From Octopus vulgaris (Eukaryota), in assembly GCA_951406725.2 (NCBI GenBank), contig OX597831.1, forward strand, positions 82,894,001 through 82,958,000: a DNA stretch of 64,000 nt, in the 5' to 3' direction. The translations under genes were made by a program, and so were the position numbers. This document shows positions 13,156-27,960 of the stretch, one piece after another. The notes under the pieces were generated by a model. It worked only from the letters and a program-made list of their open reading frames with translations, did no database searches and was not told the origin of the DNA. Position 1 is the stretch's first letter; every line of letters begins with the position of its first letter.

Positions 13156-13766
13156 AACGCATATATATATTCACACACATACATGTAAGAGCAGAATTTT
13201 TATGTCATTGATGCTAATCAAAGAAAATGCAGCAGTTTTCTCGTGAATTTTATCATTTAAAGCTGTCTGTGTTCATATGTGTGTGTGTGTGTATGCATGT
13301 GTGTGTGCATGCATGTGTGTGTGTGCACGAGTGTGTGTGTGTGTACACATATATACACACAGTTTAACAAAAAGTATATACATACCCCACAGCATCCTAT
13401 TCATCATAGATTTTTTTTAAAAAGGCTTCAACTTCAGACAATAAATCAATAAGAACAATGCTATATCGTGTGAATACAATATATACATATATATACACAA
13501 TATATATATATACACAATATATATATATATATGCTCACACACACTCAAAGAATGAATGTATTTTCAAAGATAGCCTTTCCTTCCAGTATGTGTGTGTCTA
13601 TCCATATATATATACACCAATATATGCATATACACCTATATATACACACTCATACAGCGAGGTATTGAATGTGAGACTAATGAGAAAAGGTAAAGAACTG
13701 TGTAGAAGAAAGAAAATCAGAATTGAAATTTTAAAAGAATGAAAGGATATAGGAATGAAAGTTGGC

Positions 13767-13818
<52 letters not shown>

Positions 13819-14557
13819 TGGGGGGGGGGGAGGAGACAAAAGTCTATTTTAATGAAATTAAATGACAAGAATCAATCAAGGGTGTTTTTGCTTTTTGTTT
13901 TTTCAATAGATTTTCCTTGTTTCTATTGAAAGTATTTATTGATGACAATGGAACAGAGCTGAAGAAGGGAAAGAGGAATGAAACATGGAGAAGATGGGAT
14001 GTTTTATCAATGAACTTATAACCCTGCCCTGAACATCAACATCCATCTTGGTTAAATGTTAGAGGTACTTTAATAGTGAGTGCAGAGGAGGAGACAGGCT
14101 TGGTTATTGAAATTGTGGTAAGAACCAGAGGTGAGAAAGGAGGAGAGAGACAGACAGACAGACTGAGAATTTCCCTGGGGCCCTGGTGAAAACATTTCTC
14201 AGTCTCATTGACTCAAGAAACTTATCTTTGAATAGGTACAATGAAGAAGTGGAATTAACCATTCTCTAATTAATGCTTTGCTCATTTGCAGTTCTGTGAT
14301 TAACCTGAACTATAGGGAAGCATCATCCTGGACTGCTCATGTTATTGTTTAGCCCCTGGTAAGCCTTCTGTGAGCCACTTTTGATCAAAGGCAGTTCAAC
14401 CATAATCATTCCAGCTCATTTCAAAGAATAACATTATCAAATGTCTGTGTCCTTCTTTTATAAGAGGGTAGATTATGAATGGAGGGAGATCTGGCTGCTG
14501 TTACAGGCAAGTGGAGCAAGCATGAAGAGGCAACCTAATAAATGTAAATGCCATTTA

Positions 14558-14778
14558 CCATTTCAATACCAACCCAGCTGAAACCACCTCTGGCTCTCTA
14601 ACACAAATGTTGTTTGCATAAGTTTTAAATTAAGATCTCCGACCAAAACCTTAGTCACAATTTATGTTCCTAACACTAGGTGAATGATAACGAAGTTATC
14701 TTACTAAATTCTTTGTTATATTTAAAATTAATTGCAAGAAACACAGAGCATCTCAACAGAAATGTGGTAACGGAATGG
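14558..14778. mobile_element. Possible non-autonomous piggyBac-like element
   Basis: Degenerate terminal inverted repeats ccatttcaatacc / ggtaacggaatgg flanked by ttta and ttaa. Confidence 0.45.
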
Positions 14779-15762
14779 TTAATAAACATAAGCATCAAAT
14801 TAATGAGGGGAGACAACTTCTCAGAGTTGTCCTGCAATCACAGAAAACCAGAGACACCCACCTTTGCCATTTGGCTGTGCTGGGTGCCTACTTCTTATCA
14901 GAGTGGCTAATAAAGGGGTCCATCTGGGACCACAATTAATAATCTCTGCAGTGGATTTGAACCCATGTCCAGCCGAGAAGTGGACAGGCCAGAAGATGTG
15001 ATTATATCATCTATTGACAGTTGTTTGGAATGAAGACAAGCCAAGCAGTTGACATATGATCAATAAATATTGATTGATTGCCAACTGAGATGATGGCTGA
15101 GTGATAGTTCATTCCTAATGAACAGATCAAACTGATTATGGAGAAGATGGAAGGTCTTAGGTTCAAGTTCAACTAACTTTAATATCTGGAATTTTAAATA
15201 CAATTAACAATAAGAAGATGTCAGGGGAAACTGTAGAGAAGATTTATCTTTGGCAGTTTTAAGTGATAGAGAGGACAGACTTAGGGATCGCAACCTCAGA
15301 TTAAGTACTTCTGAATCTCTAGGTCTCAGTTCAGACCTCACTGAGGTAAGACCCTTGGACATTCATCGTTATGGAGATTGTGAAATGATCCTTTCTACAA
15401 TGGTCACTTGGCCTGAAATTTTCAGGGAAGGGGCTACTTGATCGATTCCATTACTGAGCTGGTGCTCATTTTATCAATCTCAAAGGGCTGAAGGGCAAAG
15501 TCAACCTCGCCAGAGGTAGTGATATAATACCAGTAATACTTTAGGGCCAACTCCCATCAAATATCACTCTGCTCAGAACAGACCACATGGTTCTGAGTTC
15601 AATCTTTATGGAAAGAACCACTTTTAAAATGATTTTGAGATACAGGCTCAGTCTGTCTGGAAGGCAACAGGTCCCACCCTTTGTCTTTAGTTTAACTAAA
15701 TTTCCCCCATGAAAAGTTCAGCAACCTTTCTGAGGAAATAAAATGTGGAATAATTAAAGAAT

Positions 15763-16240
15763 TGGAGGAGGAGGAGAGGAGAGGAAAGGGAAGGGATGAG
15801 AGAGGGAAGGGGAGGAAAGGAAAGAGGGTGAGAAGAGGAAAGCAAAGAGGGGGAGAAGAGGAAAGGAAAGAGGGGGAGGAAAGGAAAGAGGGGAGAGAGG
15901 AAAAGAAAGAAGGGGATAAGAGAGCAGGAAGAGGAGAGATGGCAGGAGGGAGATGAGGAGGCAGGAGAGAGAGAGAGGTGAAGCAGGGGGAGATGAGGAG
16001 GTGGAATCGAAAGGGAAGGGAGGAGAGGGAAAGGGAGGAAAGGAAAGGGGAGAAGAGGAAAGGAAAGAGGGGAGGAGAGAGCAGGAGAGCAGGAAGAGGA
16101 GAGAAAGCAGGAGAGAGTGAGAGGAGGAGGAGGATGGGGAGAAGAACAGGTAAACGGAGAGGAAGAGGAGGAGGACAGAGAGGTAGAGGAGGACAGAAGA
16201 GGAAGAGGAGGAGAAAGAGGAGGAGAGAGAGAGAGAGAGA
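15763..16240 (+). repeat. ~480-bp polypurine (GA-rich) low-complexity tract
   Basis: Almost only G and A on the + strand, with an internal repeat agagcaggaagaggagaga. Confidence 0.9.
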
Positions 16241-16465
16241 GTGTGTGTGTGTGCTTATGCATAACAGCTGCATGAGCCCCACATGTATTGTATGTGTTTA
16301 TGTCAAAGTGTGTGTGTGTGTGTGTGTGTGTGAGCATGTGTTATTGTCAGTGTATGTGCAAATGTGAGACTGTGTGCATGTGTGTGTATTTGAGTGTGTG
16401 TATACAGATATGTGCACGTACATGTCTGTAAATGCATGTGCATATATGAATCTGTTTACTAGTGC

Positions 16466-16526
<61 letters not shown>

Positions 16527-17249
16527 CGTGTGTGTGTTTGTGTGCGTGTGTGTGTCTGCTGTTTACGTCAGAAACAAAATGAGTTTTAAGGTTGAAAACA
16601 GGAAAATATTTGCTTCCAATTTTACTGTTTTCAATGAAAATAGAACAAAAAAGGAATAAAAGAAAAAAAAGTATAGGAACAGGGTAGAGGGGTGGGGTGG
16701 AAGGAGATGGGGAGAGAGAGAAAGACAAAGAGATAGGAGAAATCTGAAAGCTGTAAACACCATCATCACCATCATCACCATGATGGCACTGTGTGGGGCT
16801 GGGGGGTAGGGAAGCTGTTTCCAAAACATAAAAAGGCTCCACACAAAAGCTGATGCATTAAACAAATGAAAAGGGGCCCCTGAAGATTTCCAAAACTAGG
16901 AGAGAGAATAATTTCCCACAATTTATTTATTGGGGACACTATAATATTTCCTTTGTTGTTATTTGACCTCCTTTGTTTAAAACCCATTAGCGAAAAGGTC
17001 AAGGGTCAGACAAGTAGCAAAACATTCCTTTGACAATAACCTTTGACCCCTAACTGCTAACAATGCCGAAATTAGATGCTATCCCCTCTATTTTAGAAAC
17101 TGAGAAAGTAGATAGAATCATGAGAAATCTAAGAGATGCTGAAACATTGATACCCTAACCACCAGGGGCCAGATGACATCCTTATTTGATTTATTTTCAG
17201 TCATAATTTCTAGAGTCAAATCAGGAATAAGGGTTTCAAGTGAACATTC

Positions 17250-17520
17250 TGTTTTATGGTTCGGGGTCACCAGTTCAGGCTGTTTGGCCATGTTACTCAG
17301 TTTTCTGCGTTGGACCCTGCTTACCATGTTCTCTTCACAGAGGATCTAGCTGGGTGGACGGCTTGTATTGGTCAACCACATGCTACATGGTCTCAGCAGA
17401 TGAGAAAGTATCTTGCAGAGATGGGGACTCACTGGGACTCTGCTCAAAAGGTCATCCAGAAGGACTCGGAGACCGACTCACAAATGCTGAATGCAGCAAC
17501 ACACAGCAACAGGGCATGAC
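17250..17520 (+). mobile_element. C-terminal fragment of a second, divergent RTE-like LINE
   Basis: HQFRLFGHVTQF...DPA...GWTACIGQPHATWSQQM resembles the RTE C-terminal R.L.GHV...GRPR.TW motif. Confidence 0.5.
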
Positions 17521-18182
17521 CTTCCACCCACCCCCAAACTCACCTAACCTGATAATTTCTAAAGAACAGTGTTGTGAGGGGACAGGATGCCAGTGGGTCA
17601 AACATAGGGTCATTGAATTTCCAATGGCATGACTGGGGAGCGGGGGCAGCATTTCACTGTAAGGAATTATTGGTCCCTTAAAGTACCAGATCCTTTGTTA
17701 ATACATAACAACACACAATTACATAGAACATCTCTACCTGAATGCTAAGCTTCCAGTTTATTTCTACCAAACTCCACTCCCAGGGGCCAAGGTCGATAAC
17801 ATTCTACCACAGGGTCATGCAGTGAGATTGAACTTGAAAATCATAGGGTTTCAAATCAACCTCCTTCACCACTCACTCAGCCAAGGTACAAAAAGAGAGA
17901 TCAAATACTGGTCTCGTATGGTGTATGACAGCAGTTAACTGACTAATCTGGGTTGAATTGGCCTGCAAATTCAAATATTTACATAAGTTGCTACCTCAGG
18001 GAATTATATATATATACACACATCAATAGATAGATATCAATATATATATATGTTATAATTTAGAATAAACAGTAAGTTGTCGTTATAGTATTTGGAGTTT
18101 TGAATGCCAGAGTGAAGAGCTAAGATGCATTAATAGCCGATGAAAATGCATCGTAACTCTTCACTCCAACATTCGAAACTCC

Positions 18183-18460
18183 GGCCACCTGACTGGCTCC
18201 CATGCCAGTGGCATGTAAAAAGCACCATTCAAGTGTGGTCGATGCCAGTGTTGGCTGACTGGGCCTCATGCTGGTGGCATGTAAAAAGCTCCACTACACT
18301 CTCAGAGTGGTTGGCATTAGGAAGGGCATCCAGCCATAGAAATTTTGCCAGATCAGATTGGAGCTTGGTGCAGCCTCCTGGCTTGTCGGCCCTCAGTCGA
18401 ACAGTCCAACCCATGCCAACATGGAAAGTGGACATTAGACAACGACAACGATGATGATAA
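18183..18460 (+). mobile_element. RTE-family 3'-end fragment
   Basis: Two repeat units, conserved core and gacaacgatgatgat tail. Confidence 0.8.
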
Positions 18461-18506
18461 TATAGATATCGGTAAATATATATCGATATCTATTTATCAA
18501 TATATA

Positions 18507-18583
<77 letters not shown>

Positions 18584-18929
18584 ATAGAGGGGCAGATGGG
18601 AGGGAAGGACAGAAGGACACTGTGTGCAGTGAAGTAATGCAACACTCGCCCCTGTCTCTCTCCACACACAAATAGTTTTTATTAAAACTAAAGCTGTGAG
18701 TTTGTCTCACAACTTGAGTTTTTTGGCAGGTGACCACCACCCTGGCACAAAACTTGAGTTGCAAAACAAGTTTTCATTTATAGTTTTAATAAAAACCATT
18801 GCTTCTACAACATGTGTTCAGCCTTCGTTTCTCATTCATTTCAACATTAATGGACTTGTGTGCAAATAATTAAATAAATAAGTATGATGATGATGACGAT
18901 GATGATATATATATACATACATACATACA

Positions 18930-20019
18930 CAGGATGCAGTGAATAAATTGTTATCTAAATTACGTAAAATTAAAAGAACACTGACATTTCATTTTAACAG
19001 ACATATTTACCAAAATTACAGAAAAATATCTTGAAATACAAAAGAGTAAATTTATTCAATAAAATTGCTATTGGCTTCAACCAAGGCCTCCAGACGACTT
19101 TGGAATCTCCAGCAACTCTTCTGGACAGTCTCCTTGTTTAAGTTGGTGAATGCTGCCATAATCTTTGCCTTCAGCTTATCTTTGGCGTCTGTTGTGGGGA
19201 AATCCTGACACTCCTGTGGGATCAACTGTCAACTGTCCTAAACCATATAAAGGTGATGGACAGTGTGGTGTGTGCAGGAGCTTTGTGAAGACAGTTGTAG
19301 AAGTCACTGAGAAGAGATATTGTTTGTTGTGTGTTGTTTTTCATTTATATTTGTATTGTTCTAACCTTGTTATAAATCTTCATTATAAAGTGGAATATAC
19401 AGCGAGTTCAAAGAAGGACATAACAGTGTTGATGGTACACAACAAGCTGCACCCCTCACATAATAATCAAGGGAATTGAAAAATGGCGAGTTAGATGGCC
19501 AGATGTTAGGGGAGATGTGGTTGCAAAAATTGTCTGACTGCCACGACTGGGTTCTCCTGCTTGTGTGGCATGGTGCAGAGTTCTGTTGCCAGGCATAGGG
19601 TCTTCCAGCAGGTACCCAGGACAGCACTACCTCCTCTAGGCACTTGATGCAGGCCTACGTGTTGCATCTGAGGCCGTGTCAGAAGATAAATGGAGGCATA
19701 ACATTGCCATCACTATTGACAACACCAAACACCATGATGTTGACTGGATGTTTGATCTTTATCACTCTTGGCACATGTCCTCAGAGTGACACCCAAACAC
19801 TCTGAAATGTCCATATTGGAGCTTCCAGCATGAATGACAAGCAGTACAGCATGTTATTTCCAAATTTCTGGCAGAATGAATTGCATCATGGTGCTATTTT
19901 CTCACAGACAGTGCCCAACTGACCCTACTATATTGTGTAATTGACAAAATCAAAAGTAAACGATGCACATGTGCGATATTAAAAATATAAAATAGTGACA
20001 GTTTACCCATCATACCCTG
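18930..20019 (-). mobile_element. Decayed Tc1/mariner-superfamily (maT/DD37D-like) transposon
   Basis: WQQNSAPCHTSRRTQSW...IWPSNSPFFNSLDYY corresponds to QQDSAP.H...WPPNSPD.NPLDY. Degenerate TIRs caggatgc.../...ataccctg; an ~260-bp unrelated insert near 19190-19450. Confidence 0.75.
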
Positions 20020-20030
20020 TGTATATGTAA

Positions 20031-20076
<46 letters not shown>

Positions 20077-20191
20077 GTGAGTACTTTGATATTTGCAAAT
20101 TCTAAACTGAATTTATGTCTATGCACAAAATGATTGAATACATGAATAAACTTCTTGCAACTTTTTAAAATCTTATCTCCTCCATTTTTGA

Positions 20192-20370
20192 CTTGGCACG
20201 TTAAAAGCACCCACCACACTCTCGGTGTGGTTGGCGTTAGGAAGGGCATCCAGCTGTAGAAACTCTGCCAGATCAGATTGGAGCCTGGTGCAGCCATCTG
20301 GTTCACCAGACCTCAGTCAAATCGTCCAACCCATGCTAGCATGGAAAGAAGACGTTAAACGATGATGATT
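20192..20370 (+). mobile_element. Young RTE-family 3'-end fragment
   Basis: ggttggcgttaggaagggcatccagctgtag...ccatgctagcatgg...gttaaacgatgatgat. Confidence 0.85.
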
Positions 20371-20437
20371 GGATTTGTAGAACTGCATTCCATAAATTAA
20401 TCATACACTTAATATACTATATACATACATACACACA

Positions 20438-20482
<45 letters not shown>

Positions 20483-20619
20483 GGTGAATTGAAGAAATGG
20501 AGCTGAACGCAGATTGAACAGAAATCGTTTTATTTAAACTTTTGATTAATCTACTACAAGATTATTAATCTTTCTATTTCACATAATATATATATATATA
20601 TATATATATATGTTTATAT

Positions 20620-20740
20620 ATGTTCAGGGCTTAGTTCTACTGTGTGGCGCCTTGAGCAAGTATCTTCTACTGTAGCTTCAGGCCAACCAAAGCTTTGTGA
20701 GTGGATTTGGTAGACAGAAATTGAAAGAAGGCTGTCGTGT

Positions 20741-20745
<5 letters not shown>
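20620..20745 (+). mobile_element. Partial SINE (family A, same as 46.7-47.66 kb)
   Basis: ccttgagcaagtatcttctactgtagc...tgtgagtggatttggtagacagaaattgaaagaag matches 47180-47265. Confidence 0.7.
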
Positions 20746-20800
<55 letters not shown>

Positions 20801-21051
20801 GTTATTAACCCTTGATTCAAATCCCACATTGACCGCCTCAGCAACCAACCGCAGCCCACTTTCAGGCCCATGTCCTGCCATCAGTGACTGCCAGAAATTG
20901 AAACTGAACATTCTCTGCATGTAACTATTTCAGTTATCAACAAATGCACACATAAATCACACACACACACACACACACTCGATCAGACACACAAAAGTAC
21001 ATAGACACACACACTCACACAGAAGTACACATACACACACGCACATGCTCG

Positions 21052-21100
<49 letters not shown>

Positions 21101-22115
21101 GTACACACTCAAAGCATAGGGTTATCACTAAATGTCTGTGCCATAGTGGGGATTTTTAAATATGGCTAAGTCTATCTAGTGAACAACAGTTCCAGTGTAT
21201 GTTCTGTGACTGTTTCACATTATTGGCTGCAGGTAATATTATGAAAGTAAATCGAAGGAATTTATTGAGAATCTTTGTGGATTTAAAGTCTGGCAATGTA
21301 CCACAGAGATAAGAACTTGCCAACCAAACCAATGCCAGATTCCATCAGTAGGTGGGGGGGGGGATTAGGATAGAAACTGGGATAGAATAGGTGTAGTTGG
21401 CGGTGGTGTTGTTGCTGTTGTTGTTTTTTCTCCATATCAAAGTAAAGAAGATCTCCAGCAGAGGGCAGCACCATCCAGTGTTCAGAGAAGCAGAAACACA
21501 TTCTACAACTTTCCAAGGTAACACGAAATCTTTTATTTGAAGTGAAATCGATAGCAACTGCTTTTGTTGAAGGGGGTGGATGAGTGGATGGGTGGATAAG
21601 AGGGTCAGTGTGATTGGGAGGATGGGTTTGCATGTAGGTGTGTGGGTAGGCAGGGGGATCAATAAGTTTCCTTGAAAGAAACTTTTATTATGAACCGAAG
21701 AAGAACTGATGGAAGTTATCAGGGGTAAAACAACAACAAGAAAAGTGATGAAGAAGGAATAAAAGAGGAATTGGTGAAGAATTAATTATGGTTCCCATTG
21801 GCACTAATATTGGTTTGAAGGATATGTTGATGGACGGATCAATAATATGGTGGCTGGTTATTATTCTAAGACATCTGCTGATCAATATTAGATCAATATT
21901 CTACATAATCAGGTGTTGGGATGAGGAGAGAGCAGTGAAGAGCGATGATAATCTTCTTGTAAAATCAGGGTAACAATAGGTAAGCAGGTAATACAGGCAC
22001 CATTTCAAGTTGACTAAACACACACACACATCAATAGATTTGTTTAGACATACGTACGTATTATATAGATATACATATACCTATGTGTCTGTGTGTGTGT
22101 GTATATACACATGTA

Positions 22116-22625
<510 letters not shown>

Positions 22626-25600
22626 ATATATACAAACATACATTATGTGTGTGTGGGGGGCATACACACACACACACACATGCATCCCATCAATAGATTT
22701 GTGTCTGTCAGTTCAAATGTCAGAGTAATTTTCCATCAGTTCTTGGCAAAGAAAGTAAAAGAAAGTTTTTTTTTCTTTTTTTACAAACTTTTGTCTGAAT
22801 GTTTCTTGGTCTCCTAATATTTCCATTGATTCACAAACAAAAGGATTAAGAAGTGAGTATTCAAGAGTTCCAGACCATCTTTTAGGCAGCCATACGTTTG
22901 GAGTGAGGTGTTGCTACTCTAATGCACACAAAACAAAGATCTAGTTCACCAAAATATCTATTGTAGTTGGATGGTGTTGTTCCTTGCTGCAAACGGAGGG
23001 AGCACTGTTATACTGCTGGATGTTTCTGTACCCTCTCAATACAGCTGGAAGACTGATGCCACTGACCAGACTGCCTGCTTGCTTTATCTTAAAAAAGAAT
23101 TCTTCGCATGTGCACACACACACAAACACACTCATTTGTTGGCAGACAATAGCAGGAAAGATTTAGAACCCATTCTCAAAGAAATAGATAAATAATTAAT
23201 TATTTACTGATGATTTACAATAGCATATTACATGTTACATGTTGTTGTTGTTGTTGTTGTTAATCAGAGTTTCCTTATTGTGCAGTGATCTTGTAAGTGC
23301 TGATGGTTTTAAAATTCCTCAAATAGCAAACATAACAGAAACAGTAAAAGAATTGTCCATTAGTTTCAACACTGATTATGTTCATGCTTCTCAGAATCGC
23401 AAACCCCACAAAAACATTAATTAGGGCCATTTAACAACATCACAAAAACAAGCCAAGACTTTTACTTTTAAAATATCAAATGTAACTAGTTGAGCACCGT
23501 TTTAGGGACCTGAATGGATGCACAGCTTATGAAGAAGGTTAAAGATATTAACGACTCAGTTTAATTAACTCTGCTCAAGCTTTGTCTTCAGGAATTTAAC
23601 AGTGACTTAAAAGTCCCTAAATTAACTTCCCGGAATACACAGTCTACTCGTCTCACACTTATTGGAACCTTTCATGTTTCACTGGGATTGATCAATCAGT
23701 TTTAACACAGTTTATAGACAGGGAGAGAGGTCATTACATAAGCTATCTTAGTCTGTACATAACTATGTGCTTTTCATGCAGAGGACGGGCCTGGAAATTT
23801 TCCCGTAGTTATTGTTTGAATGAAAGTAAACCAGATGGGAGAGGAGAGACTAAGGTGTCTATGAGAGGATTTGAACTGAAGAATAGAAACCAACAAATGA
23901 TTTATTAATTAAAGAGCTTCGCCCTACAATAATGAGCTTCACCCATTCTCCATTTCACACCTCAACATTCATCTAAATAGATTGAACAAGCATGAGTTAA
24001 GTAACTTGGCTAAGGACACACCCATTAGCAAAGACCACCAATTAATCCAGTTTCAACTTAGAGAAACAAGTGATACTGTAATTAGAGACAAGTGCCTTTA
24101 ATTATAGTTTGGTTTTAACGAGGGATGACGAGAGAGTAGAAGAGAGAGGGGGAAGGAGGGAGGGAGGCTGAGAGAGAAGGAATGGAAGGAAGTGAGGAAG
24201 ATAGACCGATAACGAGAGATATACTTTTAGATGTTTGTGATTGTATGAAATAGATTAAGTCTCTCCGTATGATGGCCACCACTCCCAACCCTACCTCCTC
24301 ACCACCACCAAACACCCCCTTCTTTACCATCCATCCATCCACCCCCACCCACATAACAGTTATATAATCCGAGGCCATCAAAAAGACCAATACCATTTAT
24401 TGTCTCATCATTATCTAATTTACAGGATGACTTCATTAAGGTGTGGGTGTCTACAGGTGTTTAGTTAATCCTCACTTAATCCCCAGTAAATCACTAATCC
24501 AACAATATATGGATTTCAAGTATTCTGGATTTGAAATGGTCAAACAGGATAAAGATGTTTTCTACTTCGTGTAAAAAGGTTGTTGCTGTTGTTGTTGTTG
24601 TTGTTTAGCCCCAGGTCAGTCATGATCAAGCAGTCAGTCCAACCATGTCACATGTCTCAGGTGTGTTGTGTAATTTACAACTACATTATTCAGTGAATGC
24701 GTTTGTAGTTGTTATTTCTAGCAGACAGAGCAGCCATACAGTGGCTCCCTTGTTCTGTATGCGTGATGTCACAGGTTAATGAGAGACAGAGACACTTATG
24801 GGGAAGCTATGGGCAGGCAGGAGAGAGGGGGGAAATCTGTCTTGTAAAAGAGAAAGGATAAGCTGAGAGTGAAAGGTGACAGTGTGGGTTATTGGGTTCT
24901 GAAGTGTGGGTCAGTTATGGCTTCTACAGCAGAGCATTACTGTTGAGGGAGAGTGAGAAAGAGTTGATGAAGTAAAATCGTGGGGCGAGAGGAAAATGGA
25001 GGCGGGTTAAGCAGACCGGGTGGAAAAAAAAAAGAAGAAGAAAACACGAAAATATGACTAATGGCCACAGCGAAAGCCAAAAGACACGAAAGTGAAGAGG
25101 TTGACGTTTGAAAGTCATCTTCATTCCTCTCCATCAAAACAAATCATTTTTCCGTGCTTCGAAATGTTAGAGTTGGGATTTTCAAGGGAGGTAACTACTA
25201 AACAGTACCCTCCCTTGGATAAACAACCGAGAAATGTCTGATAAAATTAAAACAGAATGGAATTTACACCTCTCACTTGCAACTTTTTCTTTTTAAGTTC
25301 TAACAAAAAAAAAAAAAAAAAAGGACGACATGGAGTAGAATTTACAGACTTTATTCCCCAACAATATGACAGATGAATCAATGGCTTAGTTTTAGGTTCT
25401 TTTAATTAAGAGAAATATTACAGTAAAAATATCAATTGATGAAATTTACTTGACAGTTAAATTGGTTTTCTTTCATTTGACCCTTGTCATATGAAGAGAA
25501 TGGTTTTTGCTATTCATTCAACTAGACTGGGACATCATCAGTTAAGAAAGGTAAAATTATAAATGGAGATAGGATTTGAAATGGACACTGTACAATCAAG

Positions 25601-25949
25601 CCTGACGCTCTCTACCCACTGCACAAATGCCTACCACACTAATATATATATATATATATATATTTGCTTTCTGACTTTCTAATCATCTCATAATAATGAC
25701 TTTTATGACTCTTATTACTATCTCAGTTCATCTAAATGTATATATCTGTCGTTACCTTTCATAAAAAGCCTTTTCTTTTTTTATTTACAATGTGCATTTT
25801 CGTTGATTTTTCTTATTTTCCCCTTACATTGCCACGTGTATTTTATTCATTTTGTAACATATTTCTACTATATATATGTATATACATATATAACTTGTGC
25901 TATACACACACATGCGTTTTCTTTTTAATGGCAAAATCTCGTGAAAGCA

Positions 25950-27241
25950 GCAATGCTGTTGGTGACCAAAGACATTAATACCTTTAATGTCTCCATTGAA
26001 ACTGTAAGAAGGCCATGAGCAGTGAGGAAGAGATTCCAGAGGACCGATGTTCTGGTGGAACAAGGTTTGGTCCTAATAGATGGGGTCGGACACAGTAAAG
26101 ATGATGAGAGGAAGAGGGTCGAGTGGCTGAGGAATGCTGAAATGGAAGAGGGACAAAACTCAAGGGAACACAGGCTGTTGTCATAGTAACAGAAGAGGCT
26201 GAGAGAGGAAGTGTGTGGAGCCGAAGAGGGAGTGTGTCTGTCAACGATTGAATTCCAATTAGTCAAGAAACCTCTCTGGATGTGGTTTAAGGGCTCTACG
26301 TGTGCAGCTGCAACATCATTACAAATATGGAAGCAGAACTCCATTGTGGCTCCTACTTTTAGAATAACAGCAGTTGTTGGGCTCCGGAACATTTTCTGGC
26401 CCAAAAGGAAATGGCCAGTCTTTGAGATGGTGTGCCAGTTATATTAAGGATATATTCAGTAACAATAAGGTCCCAGAATTGGAACAACAGGGGTTAAGGT
26501 TAGGGTTTTGTTTGCATGTGTAATGCTTCTGGTTTCTTGCTGTTGAAAAAGAAAAAGATTGACGTAAGACAGGAGAATCTTTGGATGCCTCCATTCATGG
26601 AATCAGAACAGGTTTGGTGTGTGGTGTCTGTTTTGGATATTGAGGATGGGTCCATGATTGAAGGAAAGTTAGGAAGGAATGAAGGATGATGTTATTTGCA
26701 TAAGAATGGGTGTTGTTGGACATAATCACAAATGGGTCATTGTTATTCAGAGACAAAGAAGATGGAGGGACAAGACTGAAATGAAGAGAGCAACAGAGAT
26801 AAATGAGGGTGAGGCAGAAAGTCCTGCAGCAACCCATGCTGTATTGGTGTGACCTGATAGAAAGCTATCAGTCTAAGAGACAAGAGATAGATGGGGCCCA
26901 TTGCTGGAAGTTTTGAATTCATTTTGTGTCTGAGACTTGTGCAATTCTGCCAATCCACCAGACAAATAAAAGATTCTGATTTTGGTAAAAAGTTAGAAAC
27001 TTTTAGGGGAGGGTGTGTTAGTTGATACTATCAAGCCCAGTACTTGACTGCTATATTTTATCAACCCTAGAATAACCTGCTTCTACAGAAAGTTTGATTC
27101 TTAAGAACAGGAAAGTTCATCAGATGGGTTTTGAGCATTTGAAGGTTTATTAAAATCATGTGGATATCTAAGGTTAGTGGTAGTAACCTGCAATCTACAT
27201 AAATTCTACTAGGAACAAGACCAATCCTGAGTCAAGTTGAA

Positions 27242-27272
<31 letters not shown>

Positions 27273-27960
27273 AATAATAATCGTTATTAATTTAGATAGA
27301 AATTAAAATCAAAGACATATACTTTCCTTCATCAACTTTTTCTTGTTTCATTTTAAAAAGCAGAAAGATGGATGAGAATGGCAAGTATGGGGTGTGTGAA
27401 TGGGTCTGCTCTGGGCATAAACCAGAGGACTGGAGAAGAACAGCTGGAAGAGAGCACTTTCATGGTCAAGGAGATTGAGATTTTGTGGAGTTTTCACAAG
27501 TAGTCTTTGAAAATCACATTTCCTTGTTTTGGATTGTCTGGGAGAGGAGATGGGGTGATCCTGCTATGGTTTTATGTAATCCTACACTGGTCCATCTTAC
27601 ATCAACCTTCATCTTTTTGTCAAACCTTTGTGGTAAATAAAGATCAAGCAACTGACAAGCAAACCTGTGGTATTTTCTGTAGCCCATCTTTTGTACAAAG
27701 ACAAAACAATGTACATGATAACACTTCCAATCAGTTATTATTATTAGATGTTGTCAGGGGGAATTCTGGGCACCGACGAAAGCAGACTGGCTAATCTGTT
27801 CTGGAGGACTTTCCAGTCAGGAATTATCATGGATAATTTCCAGACAGATATGTTCCTCTTTGGTAGAGCTCCCATTGACTTGAAAAGGAAATTGAGAGTG
27901 GAGAGGGAAGTGCTGTCCTCGAGTGAGTTTATTGAAAGGTGAGTGAAAGTTGCAAAAATG
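25950..27960 (-). mobile_element. Highly decayed CR1/L2-group LINE remnant
   Basis: SNNTHSYANNIILH corresponds to the RT YADD region. SPTTAVILKVGATMEFCFHICN...LNHIQR...SSLSLFCYYDN matches the C-terminal pattern of CR1-group elements. Boundaries approximate. Confidence 0.5.

Noticed and set aside
15692-16367. Leu/Pro/Ser-rich and Arg/Glu/Gly-rich ORFs
   Set aside because: Artefacts of the polypurine tract; no splice or homology support.
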